In this document: positions 29,344-39,506 of the stretch, piece by piece
How positions within the stretch are numbered: position 1 is the first letter of the stretch
How the letters are laid out: every line of letters starts with the position of its first letter
Source: a virus
DNA length: 64,000 nt
Virus record (IMG/VR): IMGVR_UViG_3300045988_109438
Reading direction: 5' to 3' (one strand)
The notes under the pieces: model-generated
Database searches by the model: none
Seen by the model: only the letters and a program-made list of their open reading frames with translations
What the model was told of the DNA's origin: nothing
Position numbers and translations under genes: made by a program

Positions 29344-30060
29344 TTATTTTACGTTTTTAGAAGTTACAGCCTCTTCTCCCCATTTCTTTACATATATAGA
29401 TCTCATCATGTTCATTAAATTAGAGAAAGAAGAGATGGTTCCCATCTCTATGCAGAATGCAAGATTAGACTGTAGGGTTTCAAGTTCTTTCAACTGCTCC
29501 TGTGTAGCCCTATTTCTTATCATGCTTTCATGCTCATTAAATACAATCCAATTTAAGCCTTTAGCCATCTTGGAGTAATCGGCATCCGGAAATCTTGATA
29601 TAGCTCTTGATAGGACATTGTATTTATCACCTGCCTCTATTCGGTTTAAGATAAGCTTATCTGTTAACCACGTAACAACCTCAGCATACAACATAGGGTT
29701 TAGTTCCATAGCTACAAGCACCCATATATATGGATTACACATAGTTCTCCTATTCTCTCCTCTACCCATTGTCTTATAAGCTCCCATTTTTTTCATCACT
29801 TTTATAAGTGACTCTTTTTCAACAGATTGTATAAAACCAGGAAATCCTGATTCTATCTTATATCCTTGTTTTTCAAGGATATAGTAAACACGTTCCGCAC
29901 TCTCCTTATTAGATAGGATATTCTCTATTCTCTTTTCATTCCACCCCATCTCAACCCTCTTCTTCGTATAGGCTTCCTGAAGGTCTGTTAAGGACATAAA
30001 CGAAGTTTTAGTGTCCTGCTTAATTATTACGCCAAATAATTCTCGGTCTTTTGATACCAT
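29344..30060 (-). CDS. KilA-N domain protein
   Basis: GRGENRRTMCNPYIWVLVAMELNPMLYAEVVTWL resembles KilA-N/APSES core. Confidence 0.55.
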   Translation of the reverse strand: MVSKDRELFGVIIKQDTKTSFMSLTDLQEAYTKKRVEMGWNEKRIENILSNKESAERVYYILEKQGYKIESGFPGFIQSVEKESLIKVMKKMGAYKTMGRGENRRTMCNPYIWVLVAMELNPMLYAEVVTWLTDKLILNRIEAGDKYNVLSRAISRFPDADYSKMAKGLNWIVFNEHESMIRNRATQEQLKELETLQSNLAFCIEMGTISSFSNLMNMMRSIYVKKWGEEAVTSKNVK

Positions 30061-30176
30061 TGTAACATTTGTTTTCATAAAATATAACACATAAAAAAAT
30101 AATACGATACAAAAATATGTATCGTATTATATCTATACAAATATATTGTGTTAAATTTTATGGTTGTATTTTTATA

Positions 30177-30539
30177 TTATGCGCCTATGGCTGCCTCTAA
30201 ATTTCCTATAATATCAGTTTCTATCTCATCGATTTTATCATCAATGGTTGAAACCGCATTCTCTAAATCCCCTACAATACTTTCCATATCATCAACAACC
30301 GCCTCCATATTAGCTACAGCCTCATCTGATTGATAATATCTTTCTGTATCTTGTAACGACTCCGGCATATTGTCTCTTGCTTCTGTCTCCTCGTCTAAAA
30401 TCATATCAACATCATCCTTGGCTGAATCCAGATTATGCCTGACCTCTGACAGCTTTGATTTGATAAACTCAAGATCTGTTTTATGCTTTTCCAAATTGGA
30501 AATAATATCCTCTATTTTCTTACGTCTTTTGCTGTTCAT
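30177..30539 (-). CDS. acidic coiled-coil protein
   Basis: ORF overlapping helicase start by 4 nt. Confidence 0.4.
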   Translation of the reverse strand: MNSKRRKKIEDIISNLEKHKTDLEFIKSKLSEVRHNLDSAKDDVDMILDEETEARDNMPESLQDTERYYQSDEAVANMEAVVDDMESIVGDLENAVSTIDDKIDEIETDIIGNLEAAIGA

Positions 30540-31960
30540 GCTTTTATCCTATTATAATATTCGATAATCTTTTCTTTCCTATCTCCCGGTTTTACCGCCA
30601 TATTCTCAGCCAAGAACCTAAAATACGACACCGGTATGTCCTTGAATCTAATTCCTTCATATTTTCCAAACCACATTATTATACTGTCAAGATCGTCTTC
30701 TCTCCTACCATCTCCATTCACAGATTTAATCGAGGCTGCCCGACGAAGGATCTCGTCTTTGGTAATAATATCACCCATCCTTATATTAGACAGAAGTTGA
30801 TCGCCGGCAAACATACACCAGCCCTTAGAAGGGAATTGCTCGATTGTCAGGTCTTCTATCCGACCAAAGCGCCTCATGTTGTCGCAGCAGTCAACTATCA
30901 GCGCCTCTTTCTTGTCAGGATGGATGCGGACGCACCTGCCGAGCACCTGGTAATATGTTGAATATGAGAATGTTGGTCGTCCAAACATCACACAATCAAG
31001 TTCGGGAAAATCAAATCCGGTAGCAAGCGTTGAATAATTAAAAACCACCTTCAACTTACCTTCTTTGAAATCGGATATGATTTGCTCTCTTTTCTTTTTG
31101 GTTGTTAGCGATGTTACGACACCGGTTATGGCTCCCATCCTGGCATTCATGAACTCTGATATTCTATTACATGATTCGATAGAATCCATGCAAACCAAAA
31201 TAGCTTTACGCTCGTTCATAAGTTGAAGAAGGCGCTTGTAGATAGAGTTGTTTAAGCCGTTTCGTACAATACTTTCTTTAATAGATTCGTTGGTGTATTC
31301 AGCTCCGGTACTGTTTAACATCAGAGCCGATTCATCAAACGACCATCGTTCGTACTTAAGAGGGCACCAAAATCCCTGAGAAGTTAGCTCTTGTATTTGA
31401 GTCACATGAACTATCTTCTTAAAGAAATTATGCTCGTCTTTCGTCAGCATATTAAGTTTGCTGTAGTTTCCTTCCAGCATGGAGCTGTAGGTCCGGAGGC
31501 GGCAGGGCGTGGCGGTGAAGCCCAGCACCTTCGCCTCTGGGAACCTGTTCATAAACTCCATAAATTCAGAACCTTCTTCAGGAGAATATCCTGAATGACA
31601 TTCGTCTATCAATAAGGTATCTATCCCTATATCCTTCAACCTCGCTACATCTTTCTTTATGCTCTTTAATGTTGCATAAGTCATAGCCGACAGCTCCTTT
31701 ATACCACATGAAGCAGAATATATAGTAGGTTTAGAACCGAATGATACGGCCTTTGCATAATTCTGCTCCAGAATCTCTTTTGAGGGCTGTAATACTAATG
31801 TCGGTCTATTTATTTCATGTGCTATCTTGGATATCAGAAGGCTCTTTCCACATCCGCATGGGGCTACGATTATGCCAGGCTTCTTAGATCTTCCTGTAAG
31901 AAACTTAAGCCCGGCATCTACTGCCTCTTTTTGGTAAGGTCTAAGTTCAAAGCCCATCAC
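30536..31960 (-). CDS. SF2 DEAD/DEAH-box DNA helicase with C-terminal DUF3820-like (FGKYxG...F..L) tail
   Basis: Motif I APCGCGKS, motif II LIDECH, motif III GFTATP, motif VI GRCVR; C-term MWFGKYEGIRFKDIPVSYFRFL. Confidence 0.8.
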   Translation of the reverse strand: MMGFELRPYQKEAVDAGLKFLTGRSKKPGIIVAPCGCGKSLLISKIAHEINRPTLVLQPSKEILEQNYAKAVSFGSKPTIYSASCGIKELSAMTYATLKSIKKDVARLKDIGIDTLLIDECHSGYSPEEGSEFMEFMNRFPEAKVLGFTATPCRLRTYSSMLEGNYSKLNMLTKDEHNFFKKIVHVTQIQELTSQGFWCPLKYERWSFDESALMLNSTGAEYTNESIKESIVRNGLNNSIYKRLLQLMNERKAILVCMDSIESCNRISEFMNARMGAITGVVTSLTTKKKREQIISDFKEGKLKVVFNYSTLATGFDFPELDCVMFGRPTFSYSTYYQVLGRCVRIHPDKKEALIVDCCDNMRRFGRIEDLTIEQFPSKGWCMFAGDQLLSNIRMGDIITKDEILRRAASIKSVNGDGRREDDLDSIIMWFGKYEGIRFKDIPVSYFRFLAENMAVKPGDRKEKIIEYYNRIKA

Positions 31961-32333
31961 AATCTATTATATTATTTTTTGAAAGTTCTATTATCGCCTC
32001 TTTCAACATCTCCCTTGCTTTATTCTCATTATCTTCAAACAGGCATACACTGCATGTAGCACCTTTGGAGGGGTAGTCTCTGTAGGCTTCTGCTCTTTCT
32101 ACAACGTACTCACAACAATAGTCGTGACTCATGTCTTTTGCTATACTTATAAAATGATCTTCTCCATCCATCAACACACAATATTCAGCATCGTTTTCGC
32201 ATGCAATAACACCTTTGTTTTTTAAAATGGATAGCACTTTGTTTCCAAAAAGTCCAATATAGACCCATATATCTTTCCCTGCATTTTTGTAAAAAATATC
32301 CATTCCTTCTTTGATTGTGACTTTCTTTTCCAT
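31947..32333 (-). CDS. hypothetical protein
   Basis: ORF. Confidence 0.45.
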   Translation of the reverse strand: MEKKVTIKEGMDIFYKNAGKDIWVYIGLFGNKVLSILKNKGVIACENDAEYCVLMDGEDHFISIAKDMSHDYCCEYVVERAEAYRDYPSKGATCSVCLFEDNENKAREMLKEAIIELSKNNIIDCDGL

Positions 32334-32339
32334 AATCCC

Positions 32340-32663
32340 TTATTTTATATCAGTAATTAAAACATATATTTTAGCAATATCTTCAAGACTCACAGAAGAA
32401 CGTATATATAGTTTTTCTTCGTACTCATATAGAGCGTACCCTTCTTTTACGTCTAATATCTTAATCACATGCTTGCCTCTTTCAAATGGATCCTCAAAGT
32501 AGTTCTTATGTTCGTATCTTTGACCGACTTTTATTTTGTCAGTTTTCTTCTTCATCTTATAACGATCTACTGCTCTACCTGTTTTTATGAAAGCTGTCGT
32601 GAGTAAGTATAATAAAACTAAATACAAAAGGATCGCTACTCCACATATTAGATCTTCTTTCAT
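32340..32663 (-). CDS. small membrane protein (N-terminal TM helix)
   Basis: ICGVAILLYLVLLYLLTTAFI. Confidence 0.45.
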   Translation of the reverse strand: MKEDLICGVAILLYLVLLYLLTTAFIKTGRAVDRYKMKKKTDKIKVGQRYEHKNYFEDPFERGKHVIKILDVKEGYALYEYEEKLYIRSSVSLEDIAKIYVLITDIK

Positions 32664-32833
32664 TGGACTCCCTTTAAGTAGTTAAACCATATATCCTCCA
32701 GCTTCTCCTGAAGCTCAAATGCTTTCTTAAAATTCCCGCATCTTACAGCAACGTCTCTCATGTATGTCAAGTTTATAACTTCCGGATCTTGCCGGTATTT
32801 TGTTCTTAACTTTTGAACATCCTCGTATTTCAT
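32660..32833 (-). CDS. 57-aa ORF (MKYEDVQKLRTKYRQDPEVINLTYMRDVAVRCGNFKKAFELQEKLEDIWFNYLKGVQ), not in ORF track (<60 aa)
   Basis: Fills 166-nt gap; ATGA overlap with downstream gene start. Confidence 0.3.
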   Translation of the reverse strand: MKYEDVQKLRTKYRQDPEVINLTYMRDVAVRCGNFKKAFELQEKLEDIWFNYLKGVQ

Positions 32834-33849
32834 CGCTTTATCTTTTTAGACGGATCCCAATCTGAAGAGAAAGGGCATTCGTTTTTGTTATGTAATCCAA
32901 AGTCACAATAATAACACAGTGCCGACGGGCAGGGTAGCTTGTTTTGCGAAACAGGCTGGCTTAGGGTGGCACGCCGCTTGCTATACCTGGCTCCTTCTGC
33001 TCCCTGGATGTACGCTTGAAATGATTTTACACTATTATCTTCAAAATCATACATTTTAGATAAAGTGTCATTTAGCATCTCTATAGATTTTGTTTTACGT
33101 TCCTCATCCACCTTAACCTTTTGGTACTGCCTGGTTCTGGTAAAGAAATAGATGTTCATATCTGGTAGAACCCCACCATATTTTCTATAGATGTAAAACG
33201 AATATATAGGATGCTGTAAATTCGTTTCCAACTTCTTAGAATCAAAAACCTTATTCCCTGATTTCCAATCTATGACATAATGGTGAATTACGTTCTTGCT
33301 CTTTATAGCCAGATGAAGGTCTACTGATCCTACTATGTACACATGGGTATGAATTACCCCATTTATGTCAACTGGCTTAGGAAGGCGGTACGGTAGCACA
33401 AAATCTTCTTCGACTCCAACTATAGCGCCGTGTCTGATAAGTTTCTCACAAGGATTAAGATCACTATCAGCTATCATAAACCTATTGCCGTCTTTTTTAA
33501 ACAGATCCACAATCCAAGCAAGAAGCTCCCCAGATTGTTTCATGGCTATCATCATATTTTCCGGTGATTGCCAAGGTATGTCTTCTTGGTAAGCATAGTA
33601 ACTTATTGCTTCTCCAAGGTCTTTGCCAGAAGGCTGCCTTCCGTTCTTGAAGAAGTATTCCAGTGTCTTATGAATAACCGTACCATAAGACGTAGCTTCT
33701 TGTTTTTCTGTAGACCTTTTGCCCTCTACGTAAGTCTTATACCATTTCATTGGACAAGTAAGAAACGTATCTATCTGGGAATAAGAAATGGCAAGACGTT
33801 TCACACCATTAAACTCCTTATATAGCAAATGCGTTTCCGGGACCATCAT
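32830..33849 (-). CDS. PD-(D/E)XK nuclease, Cas4/RecB-like with C-terminal Cys cluster
   Basis: GSVDLH...VIDWKSGNK (D...D/ExK-like with KSG), C-terminal CPSALCYYCDF...C cysteines typical of Cas4-type Fe-S nucleases. Confidence 0.7.
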   Translation of the reverse strand: MMVPETHLLYKEFNGVKRLAISYSQIDTFLTCPMKWYKTYVEGKRSTEKQEATSYGTVIHKTLEYFFKNGRQPSGKDLGEAISYYAYQEDIPWQSPENMMIAMKQSGELLAWIVDLFKKDGNRFMIADSDLNPCEKLIRHGAIVGVEEDFVLPYRLPKPVDINGVIHTHVYIVGSVDLHLAIKSKNVIHHYVIDWKSGNKVFDSKKLETNLQHPIYSFYIYRKYGGVLPDMNIYFFTRTRQYQKVKVDEERKTKSIEMLNDTLSKMYDFEDNSVKSFQAYIQGAEGARYSKRRATLSQPVSQNKLPCPSALCYYCDFGLHNKNECPFSSDWDPSKKIKR

Positions 33850-34205
33850 AAGCTATCGTCTTTAAATCCTTCTGGGTAATATACAACATATTTCTTGCCA
33901 TCCTCCGGCGTCATGGCGAATTGCATGTAGTTATTACGATTACGATGTTTGCCATCCAATCCTCGTTTCCAATACAGTATCCCGTCTATATCCACATAAG
34001 ATCGGCCTCGGTCGGCTCTAACTACGTCCGTGTGCAGCAGATACCCGTCGGAAGACACGATCCACACTTTATCCCCTTTGTTTAAATAGGATATTCTTTT
34101 TCTTACAACAACCTTTTTCTTATTATCTAATGCAAATTCCTCATCAGTCATACTCTTCATCCTCCTCTTCTTCTGTTTCAAAATCAATTCCATAACACTG
34201 ATCAT
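33846..34205 (-). CDS. hypothetical protein
   Basis: ORF. Confidence 0.45.
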   Translation of the reverse strand: MISVMELILKQKKRRMKSMTDEEFALDNKKKVVVRKRISYLNKGDKVWIVSSDGYLLHTDVVRADRGRSYVDIDGILYWKRGLDGKHRNRNNYMQFAMTPEDGKKYVVYYPEGFKDDSL

Positions 34206-34358
34206 AATGCTTGGTCAGTTCTTCTGGTTCTAAATCTTGTCCAAAATCCATGTTAAAAATATTGTAATTAGTAAAGCACTGTCCCTGCCGGCAGGAAATC
34301 TATAAATGCTGCTTTTGCTTCTTCAATTAGGCCCAAGTGTAACCTTGGGCCATTGTAT

Positions 34359-36059
34359 TTATTTTTTGTCATCTCCTTTTAACTTCTTTAAAGTATCTGC
34401 AATCGGAAGCTGATCAATGATTCCCAATGCCGGAGCAACGGCCTTAACAACATTGTTAAGGAAATTACCGGTGCTGTTCTGACCGCCGTCAAATACCGTG
34501 ATATTTCCGAGATTGATGTGCTCGAACGCCTTAACCTGTTCTCCAGCAATTTCTTTCCACTGATTAACCATCTTGTACTGGATGGCGATCTGAGGATTGG
34601 ATTCTGCTGCTTCCACCATAGCCTTAAATCCGTCGGCTTCTGCCATCAACGACTTTTTCTTACCTTCGGCTTCCGCTTCCAGCTTCATCTGAATAGCTTT
34701 TGCTTCCGCCTCTGCTTTTGCCAAATGTGCTGCTGCTTCAGCATCGGCCCGGCGTTTGATCTTCTCGGCCTCGGCATCAGCTTGCAACATAGCCTCCTGC
34801 TTCTGAATTTCAGCCGGCACAATCTTTTCAGCTTTAAGCGCAGCTTGAACCTTCTTAGCTTTAGCTTCTTCCACTTCTTTATCAGCAAGCTCTTTTGCCG
34901 TTTTCACAGCCGCTTCCGATTTAACTTTCTCTTCTCCGGCTTTCTTTTCTGATTGAGCTTTGATAACCTGCAATTCTGATTCTGATACAGCAACCTCTTT
35001 CTGGGCATTGTTGTAGCCTACAGAAGCATTTTTCTCAGCCTCAGCTTTCTTAATCTGAGCTTCAGAGTCTTGTATTGCTATAGCTGCTTGTTTGTCAGCT
35101 TCAGCTTTATTCTTTCCAACTTCTTCCATTCTTTCGGCTTCAGCTTTGTTTACTTCAAGTTCCGCCTTAGATCTTGCAATCGCTGATTCCTTGTCAGCCA
35201 AAGTCTTTGCTATAGCCGCAGCCCTATCTCTATCGGCTTGAGCTACACCGATCTGTTTTTCTTTATCGGTTAAAGCCAAAGCTACTTCTTTTTCTTTCTT
35301 TGTTTCAGCTACTACCGTTTCTTTTTCTTTTTCAGTATAGGCAATTTGAATCTCTTGCTCTTTTTGGGTATTAGCTACAGCCGTTTCTTTTTCCTTCTGT
35401 TGTACAGCAATCTTAATAGCACCCAGCTTTTCCTGTTCTTCGATATTAGCCTGTGCTTCGTTCAGAGCCTTGCTTTCAGCCTCTTTACCAAGATTCATGA
35501 TGTAGCCGGCTTCATCTCTGATGTCACTGATGTTAATGTTCAAAAGATAAAGACCCAATTTATTAAGTTCGTTATCAATGTTTTTTCTTGCCTTATCCAA
35601 AAACTCATCCCTATCAGAATTAAGTTTTTCGATTGTCATTTCGGCAATAATCAAACGCATCTGACCGTAAACGATGTCTGTAATAAGATTTTCAGTAGAT
35701 TCGGTATCCATCCCCAAAAGTCTTTCTGCTGCATTTTGCATGATTTCAGGATTTGTACTGATAGCTACTGTAATAGTTGTAGGCACATCTACTCTAATAT
35801 TCTGAGATGACAAAGCACCGGTAAGCCTACAATCTATTTGCATAGGCTCCATAGATAAAATATCATAGCTTTGGATAATAGGCAACACGAATGCTGCTCC
35901 ACCATGATATAATTTCGCCGATTTCTTCTCTCCACCTGTCTTACCATAAACGACCAAGACCTGATTAGGCTTACATCTACGATACCTTGATAAGACTCCG
36001 ATGATTGTCAAAATAATCACTACAGCTAAGATGGCCGACACGTACATAATTGTTGTCAT
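34359..36059 (-). CDS. flotillin-like SPFH/band-7 protein
   Basis: N-terminal TM helix, SPFH domain, long AEAEK/KAEAE flotillin-repeat coiled coil. Confidence 0.8.
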   Translation of the reverse strand: MTTIMYVSAILAVVIILTIIGVLSRYRRCKPNQVLVVYGKTGGEKKSAKLYHGGAAFVLPIIQSYDILSMEPMQIDCRLTGALSSQNIRVDVPTTITVAISTNPEIMQNAAERLLGMDTESTENLITDIVYGQMRLIIAEMTIEKLNSDRDEFLDKARKNIDNELNKLGLYLLNINISDIRDEAGYIMNLGKEAESKALNEAQANIEEQEKLGAIKIAVQQKEKETAVANTQKEQEIQIAYTEKEKETVVAETKKEKEVALALTDKEKQIGVAQADRDRAAAIAKTLADKESAIARSKAELEVNKAEAERMEEVGKNKAEADKQAAIAIQDSEAQIKKAEAEKNASVGYNNAQKEVAVSESELQVIKAQSEKKAGEEKVKSEAAVKTAKELADKEVEEAKAKKVQAALKAEKIVPAEIQKQEAMLQADAEAEKIKRRADAEAAAHLAKAEAEAKAIQMKLEAEAEGKKKSLMAEADGFKAMVEAAESNPQIAIQYKMVNQWKEIAGEQVKAFEHINLGNITVFDGGQNSTGNFLNNVVKAVAPALGIIDQLPIADTLKKLKGDDKK

Positions 36060-36090
36060 AACTTTTAAAATTTAATTGTTGATAAAAAAA

Positions 36091-36585
36091 TTAGATAATT
36101 AATTCTCCTTCTTCGTATTTTATATTCACCTTGTCACCGTTTTTGTAAGTTTTTCCAGACAAGCATCTTACTCTCATTTGCTCCTGTCTTCCATTTTTCG
36201 AAATATTTACCATATAATGATTCTTCCCTGATCTAAACACTATCTCCACCTCTCTGCCATTTAAATCTTCCGGACATTCGTACACCATTTCTTGCTTTAA
36301 CTTAAGAAGTAACTTATATACGTAAAACAAAACGATAAAGAAAAACGACCCTATCACAACCCCTACTAAATGGGAACCCGAAAAGTAGGTAGTCCAGCTA
36401 TATCCAAGAATAAAATGTGTTATGCCCTTGAATGATATGATGTCCGACAAAGACATACTTAAATCAGAAGCATCATCAATATCAATATCCGTATCCAGAT
36501 CAGATCCTAATATCGACAACAAAAACTGTATAACAAAAGCAAATGACGCTATTAAAGCCATGCATAAAATTATGTCACTTCCCAT
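36091..36585 (-). CDS. NfeD-like membrane protein (short form, C-terminal OB-fold)
   Basis: TM helices + C-terminal GREVEIVFRSGKNHYMVNISKNGRQEQMRVRCLSGKTYKNGDKVNIKYEEGELII; immediately upstream of flotillin as in bacterial nfeD-floT operons. Confidence 0.65.
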   Translation of the reverse strand: MGSDIILCMALIASFAFVIQFLLSILGSDLDTDIDIDDASDLSMSLSDIISFKGITHFILGYSWTTYFSGSHLVGVVIGSFFFIVLFYVYKLLLKLKQEMVYECPEDLNGREVEIVFRSGKNHYMVNISKNGRQEQMRVRCLSGKTYKNGDKVNIKYEEGELII

Positions 36586-36826
36586 ATCCTTCTGTTATTA
36601 TTTTGTAAACAAGATCAGTCATATCTTTGATGGTCTCCATATCATAATCATTAATAACAATATTGAATTTTTGTTCCACCATCATTTCCAGTTCAATTTG
36701 ATCGATAGAATCTAATCCAAGTTCTTTAAACGTCACATCTTCTTCATGAACTATATCTATTTCCGAATTAAGAAACTGAGTAATAATTATATCCTCTATT
36801 ATCTTTCTGATTCTTACTTTTTCCAT
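36575..36826 (-). CDS. acyl carrier protein-like (83 aa)
   Basis: LGLDSIDQIELEMMVE - DSx phosphopantetheine-attachment motif, acidic helical protein of ACP size. Confidence 0.6.
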   Translation of the reverse strand: MEKVRIRKIIEDIIITQFLNSEIDIVHEEDVTFKELGLDSIDQIELEMMVEQKFNIVINDYDMETIKDMTDLVYKIITEGYGK

Positions 36827-37527
36827 TGCTTTCTAATTTTGTTAAATAAATACGTTTTTATGTTTTTCAATCGCTCTTTGTCTGTTTCAGAACTTCCGGT
36901 AAACAAATAATCCGGATTGCCTTTAGCCGGCGGCGTAGGCAATTTAGATACGGCAAACAACCAATCCATTTCCTTATTCTTCTTAAACTCCAAATAAGGC
37001 TCGGTAGCGATCTTAAATTTTTCAGCTATTAAGTCAAAGAGCTTTGAATTTTTAAGGTTCATATGGACCGAAAAGGCCTGAGAAGGCGGTTTCCATATGA
37101 AGTTACATAAGCTCATTGTATAATCTCCTGACTCTGCTATATAAGATTCCGTTACCTGAAGTATGACCTCTTTCTTGAATGAGGTGTTACCCATAAACCA
37201 ACACAACCTGGATTCCGCTTCTTTTCTGCTGACACCTATGTCTTTTGAATACGATTCGTACATTCCTATCATAATCTTCAACGTTTCCAGAACCTCGTCT
37301 GTCATCTCCGGTGTCTCTATATAATTCACAAAAGACGTTCCTTTGTTGGTCAATCTCATCACGCCTGATTTTAATTTCTCAACCAGGCCAAGCTCTATAT
37401 ACCTCCCAGCATCTTTTTCCAGCATGGCTTCGATCATAACCGTATCCTTCTGTCTTATAGCAAGAAGATTAGCCAGATCATTAGGAGTCATGTCTGATGC
37501 TGCAAGTTGTCTGAAATTGATGTACAT
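36814..37527 (-). CDS. hypothetical protein
   Basis: ORF. Confidence 0.45.
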   Translation of the reverse strand: MYINFRQLAASDMTPNDLANLLAIRQKDTVMIEAMLEKDAGRYIELGLVEKLKSGVMRLTNKGTSFVNYIETPEMTDEVLETLKIMIGMYESYSKDIGVSRKEAESRLCWFMGNTSFKKEVILQVTESYIAESGDYTMSLCNFIWKPPSQAFSVHMNLKNSKLFDLIAEKFKIATEPYLEFKKNKEMDWLFAVSKLPTPPAKGNPDYLFTGSSETDKERLKNIKTYLFNKIRKQWKK

Positions 37528-37529
37528 GC

Positions 37530-37739
37530 CTAATCAGCTTTAATAAAAATAACATCCTTACCATCCTCCCTCTCTACGTGATTACACGGGCCTGCGACTA
37601 CATCTACCGACCCGCATGTAATGTGGTCATTAAATATACATCCTTCACATCCTAAGTCTGGCTCTGGAGCATCCACACATTTTAATCTCACAAGTCCGGC
37701 ATCAAACACTTCTCCTACTTTAAATTCCTTCTTTTCCAT
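37530..37739 (-). CDS. small Cys-rich protein with CEGCIFND motif (paralog of 63622..63882)
   Basis: Shared CEGCIFND + flanking Cys with second ORF. Confidence 0.45.
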   Translation of the reverse strand: MEKKEFKVGEVFDAGLVRLKCVDAPEPDLGCEGCIFNDHITCGSVDVVAGPCNHVEREDGKDVIFIKAD

Positions 37740-37754
37740 ATTTCCTCCTTGTTT

Positions 37755-38357
37755 TTAACTGTTGTACCCTTCTTTGATAATCGAATTTCTACCGGTAGAC
37801 ACCGACTGACGGAGATCATCATGTACAGAATCTACCGTAGAATACTTGTTTCTGGTTGTAAAAATAACTTCCAGCATCTCCTTGTAATCACCTAAAGCCA
37901 CTTCGTATCTTGGATCCACTTTGGCTTTTCTTTCAGCCTCGGCATTACTTTTAGCCAGCTCTCGGTCGAGAAGGTCTTCTTTGATCCGGTCAGCAATCAT
38001 ATCAAGTTCTTTTTTTATAACTTCTCCTGCTGCCCGAAGTTGACCTTCTACGTCGCCAAGCTGATCTTGGACGGTTCCTATTTCTTTCTTTAGGCGATCG
38101 TATTCGTTAATCATACCCATATCACCTGCATAGCCGGAAAAGTCCTTGATTATTCTGGTTCCTTCTTTAAGGAGTTCAATAACTCGTCTTTTACGTTCTC
38201 TGCTTATTAAAGACGGAAGACGATAATTCATATCCGCCACCGCCTTATCATGTATGGAGTTGATTAAAAACATCTCTCTTTCATCCCCTGCAAACTCAGT
38301 AAGAACCAAAAGGAACTTACTTATCAGGTATTCGTTTTCTTCTACTGTTAGTCTCAT
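37755..38357 (-). CDS. hypothetical coiled-coil protein
   Basis: ORF. Confidence 0.45.
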   Translation of the reverse strand: MRLTVEENEYLISKFLLVLTEFAGDEREMFLINSIHDKAVADMNYRLPSLISRERKRRVIELLKEGTRIIKDFSGYAGDMGMINEYDRLKKEIGTVQDQLGDVEGQLRAAGEVIKKELDMIADRIKEDLLDRELAKSNAEAERKAKVDPRYEVALGDYKEMLEVIFTTRNKYSTVDSVHDDLRQSVSTGRNSIIKEGYNS

Positions 38358-38372
38358 GGTTCTTATTTTTTT

Positions 38373-39506
38373 TTAATACAATGACTGTTCTTCCTTTGTC
38401 TCTTGTTCTTGATCTTGATTGTTCGTAACGTCTTCCACAGTATAGAGCTTGGGCGGCGTCGGCGGCTGGTTGGGGTTCACGAACTTCGTCCCGCCCTCCC
38501 CGTACATCCATCCATGTCCCGGCAGTATCTCTGGGTGGATTGTATTAGTAAGCTCTTCCATACTAACTTGCCTTACCTTCAGTATATGATGAAACACCAG
38601 TCCGGCTGTCCTGAATGATGTTTTGTTTTCAGTTTTAAACCTATCAAGAGTCTGATACCAATCTTTCCCAAATATCATATACTTATCCAGCCCGTACCTA
38701 CGAGGATTGTGCAAGCCTATCATTAACGTACATAACTGACCCAGCGTATCAGACTGGTAAAAATCAGAAAGACGCGGAGGCTGCTCTTGTGGGCTTTTTA
38801 TCCTTCCTTCTATTTCTCTGTTGAATTGGGATATGATGAGGAAAAATATGTTTTTATATACTAATTTAGCTTCGTTCATAACCGCCACCAAATCATCTAT
38901 AGCCGACTTAGGATCTAATCCCATTCTTTTTATCAAAGCAATATGATCGACTTTAAATATTATAAGACGTTTGTCTTTATGTTTGGTAGCTATATGATAC
39001 ACAGCCGCCTCAAACTCTTTTACCGTACACGGAGCATCGATGTATATTATATTATTTCTGATTTCACCTTGAAGGATTTCAAACATCCTCATCTCTTCTA
39101 CTGTATTAGAATCTTGCCTTCTTAATATTTCAGGAGCCCGCTTTTTCATATCCTGGCTCATTCTGCGAAGAAGAAGATCTTGAGGATTCATTTCGAACTC
39201 GCAATTAACAAGAAAATAATCTTCTGCTTGCGGGTTGATCATCGGATTCATCACATTTTCCAATATCTTTTGGGCCACATACGATTTACCTACAGATGGC
39301 CGGGCTCCTATGGCAATAGCATGCTGAGGGAAAATACCTCCAAGCAAAGCCTCATCAATATAATCGTATCCGGTTTTAGCGGGGATAAGCTCTCCCCGCC
39401 TGTATTTCAAGATATTCTCATACGCCTCTTCCATAACTTGTTTAGAGGTCTTGAATATCCTTCTTATATCTATCCTATTTGCTATCTCCTCTTGCATTTT
39501 TGTCAC
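38373..39506 (-). CDS. DnaB-like replicative helicase (RecA-fold C-terminal domain)
   Basis: Walker A GARPSVGKS, Walker B region, ISQFNRE (SQLNR-like) motif. Confidence 0.75.
   Translation of the reverse strand: MTKMQEEIANRIDIRRIFKTSKQVMEEAYENILKYRRGELIPAKTGYDYIDEALLGGIFPQHAIAIGARPSVGKSYVAQKILENVMNPMINPQAEDYFLVNCEFEMNPQDLLLRRMSQDMKKRAPEILRRQDSNTVEEMRMFEILQGEIRNNIIYIDAPCTVKEFEAAVYHIATKHKDKRLIIFKVDHIALIKRMGLDPKSAIDDLVAVMNEAKLVYKNIFFLIISQFNREIEGRIKSPQEQPPRLSDFYQSDTLGQLCTLMIGLHNPRRYGLDKYMIFGKDWYQTLDRFKTENKTSFRTAGLVFHHILKVRQVSMEELTNTIHPEILPGHGWMYGEGGTKFVNPNQPPTPPKLYTVEDVTNNQDQEQETKEEQSLY

Noticed and set aside
34518-35810. Plus-strand ORFs 34518..34952 and 35346..35810 inside the flotillin gene
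   Set aside because: Antisense to a confidently assigned SPFH/flotillin gene; repetitive composition explains the open frames.
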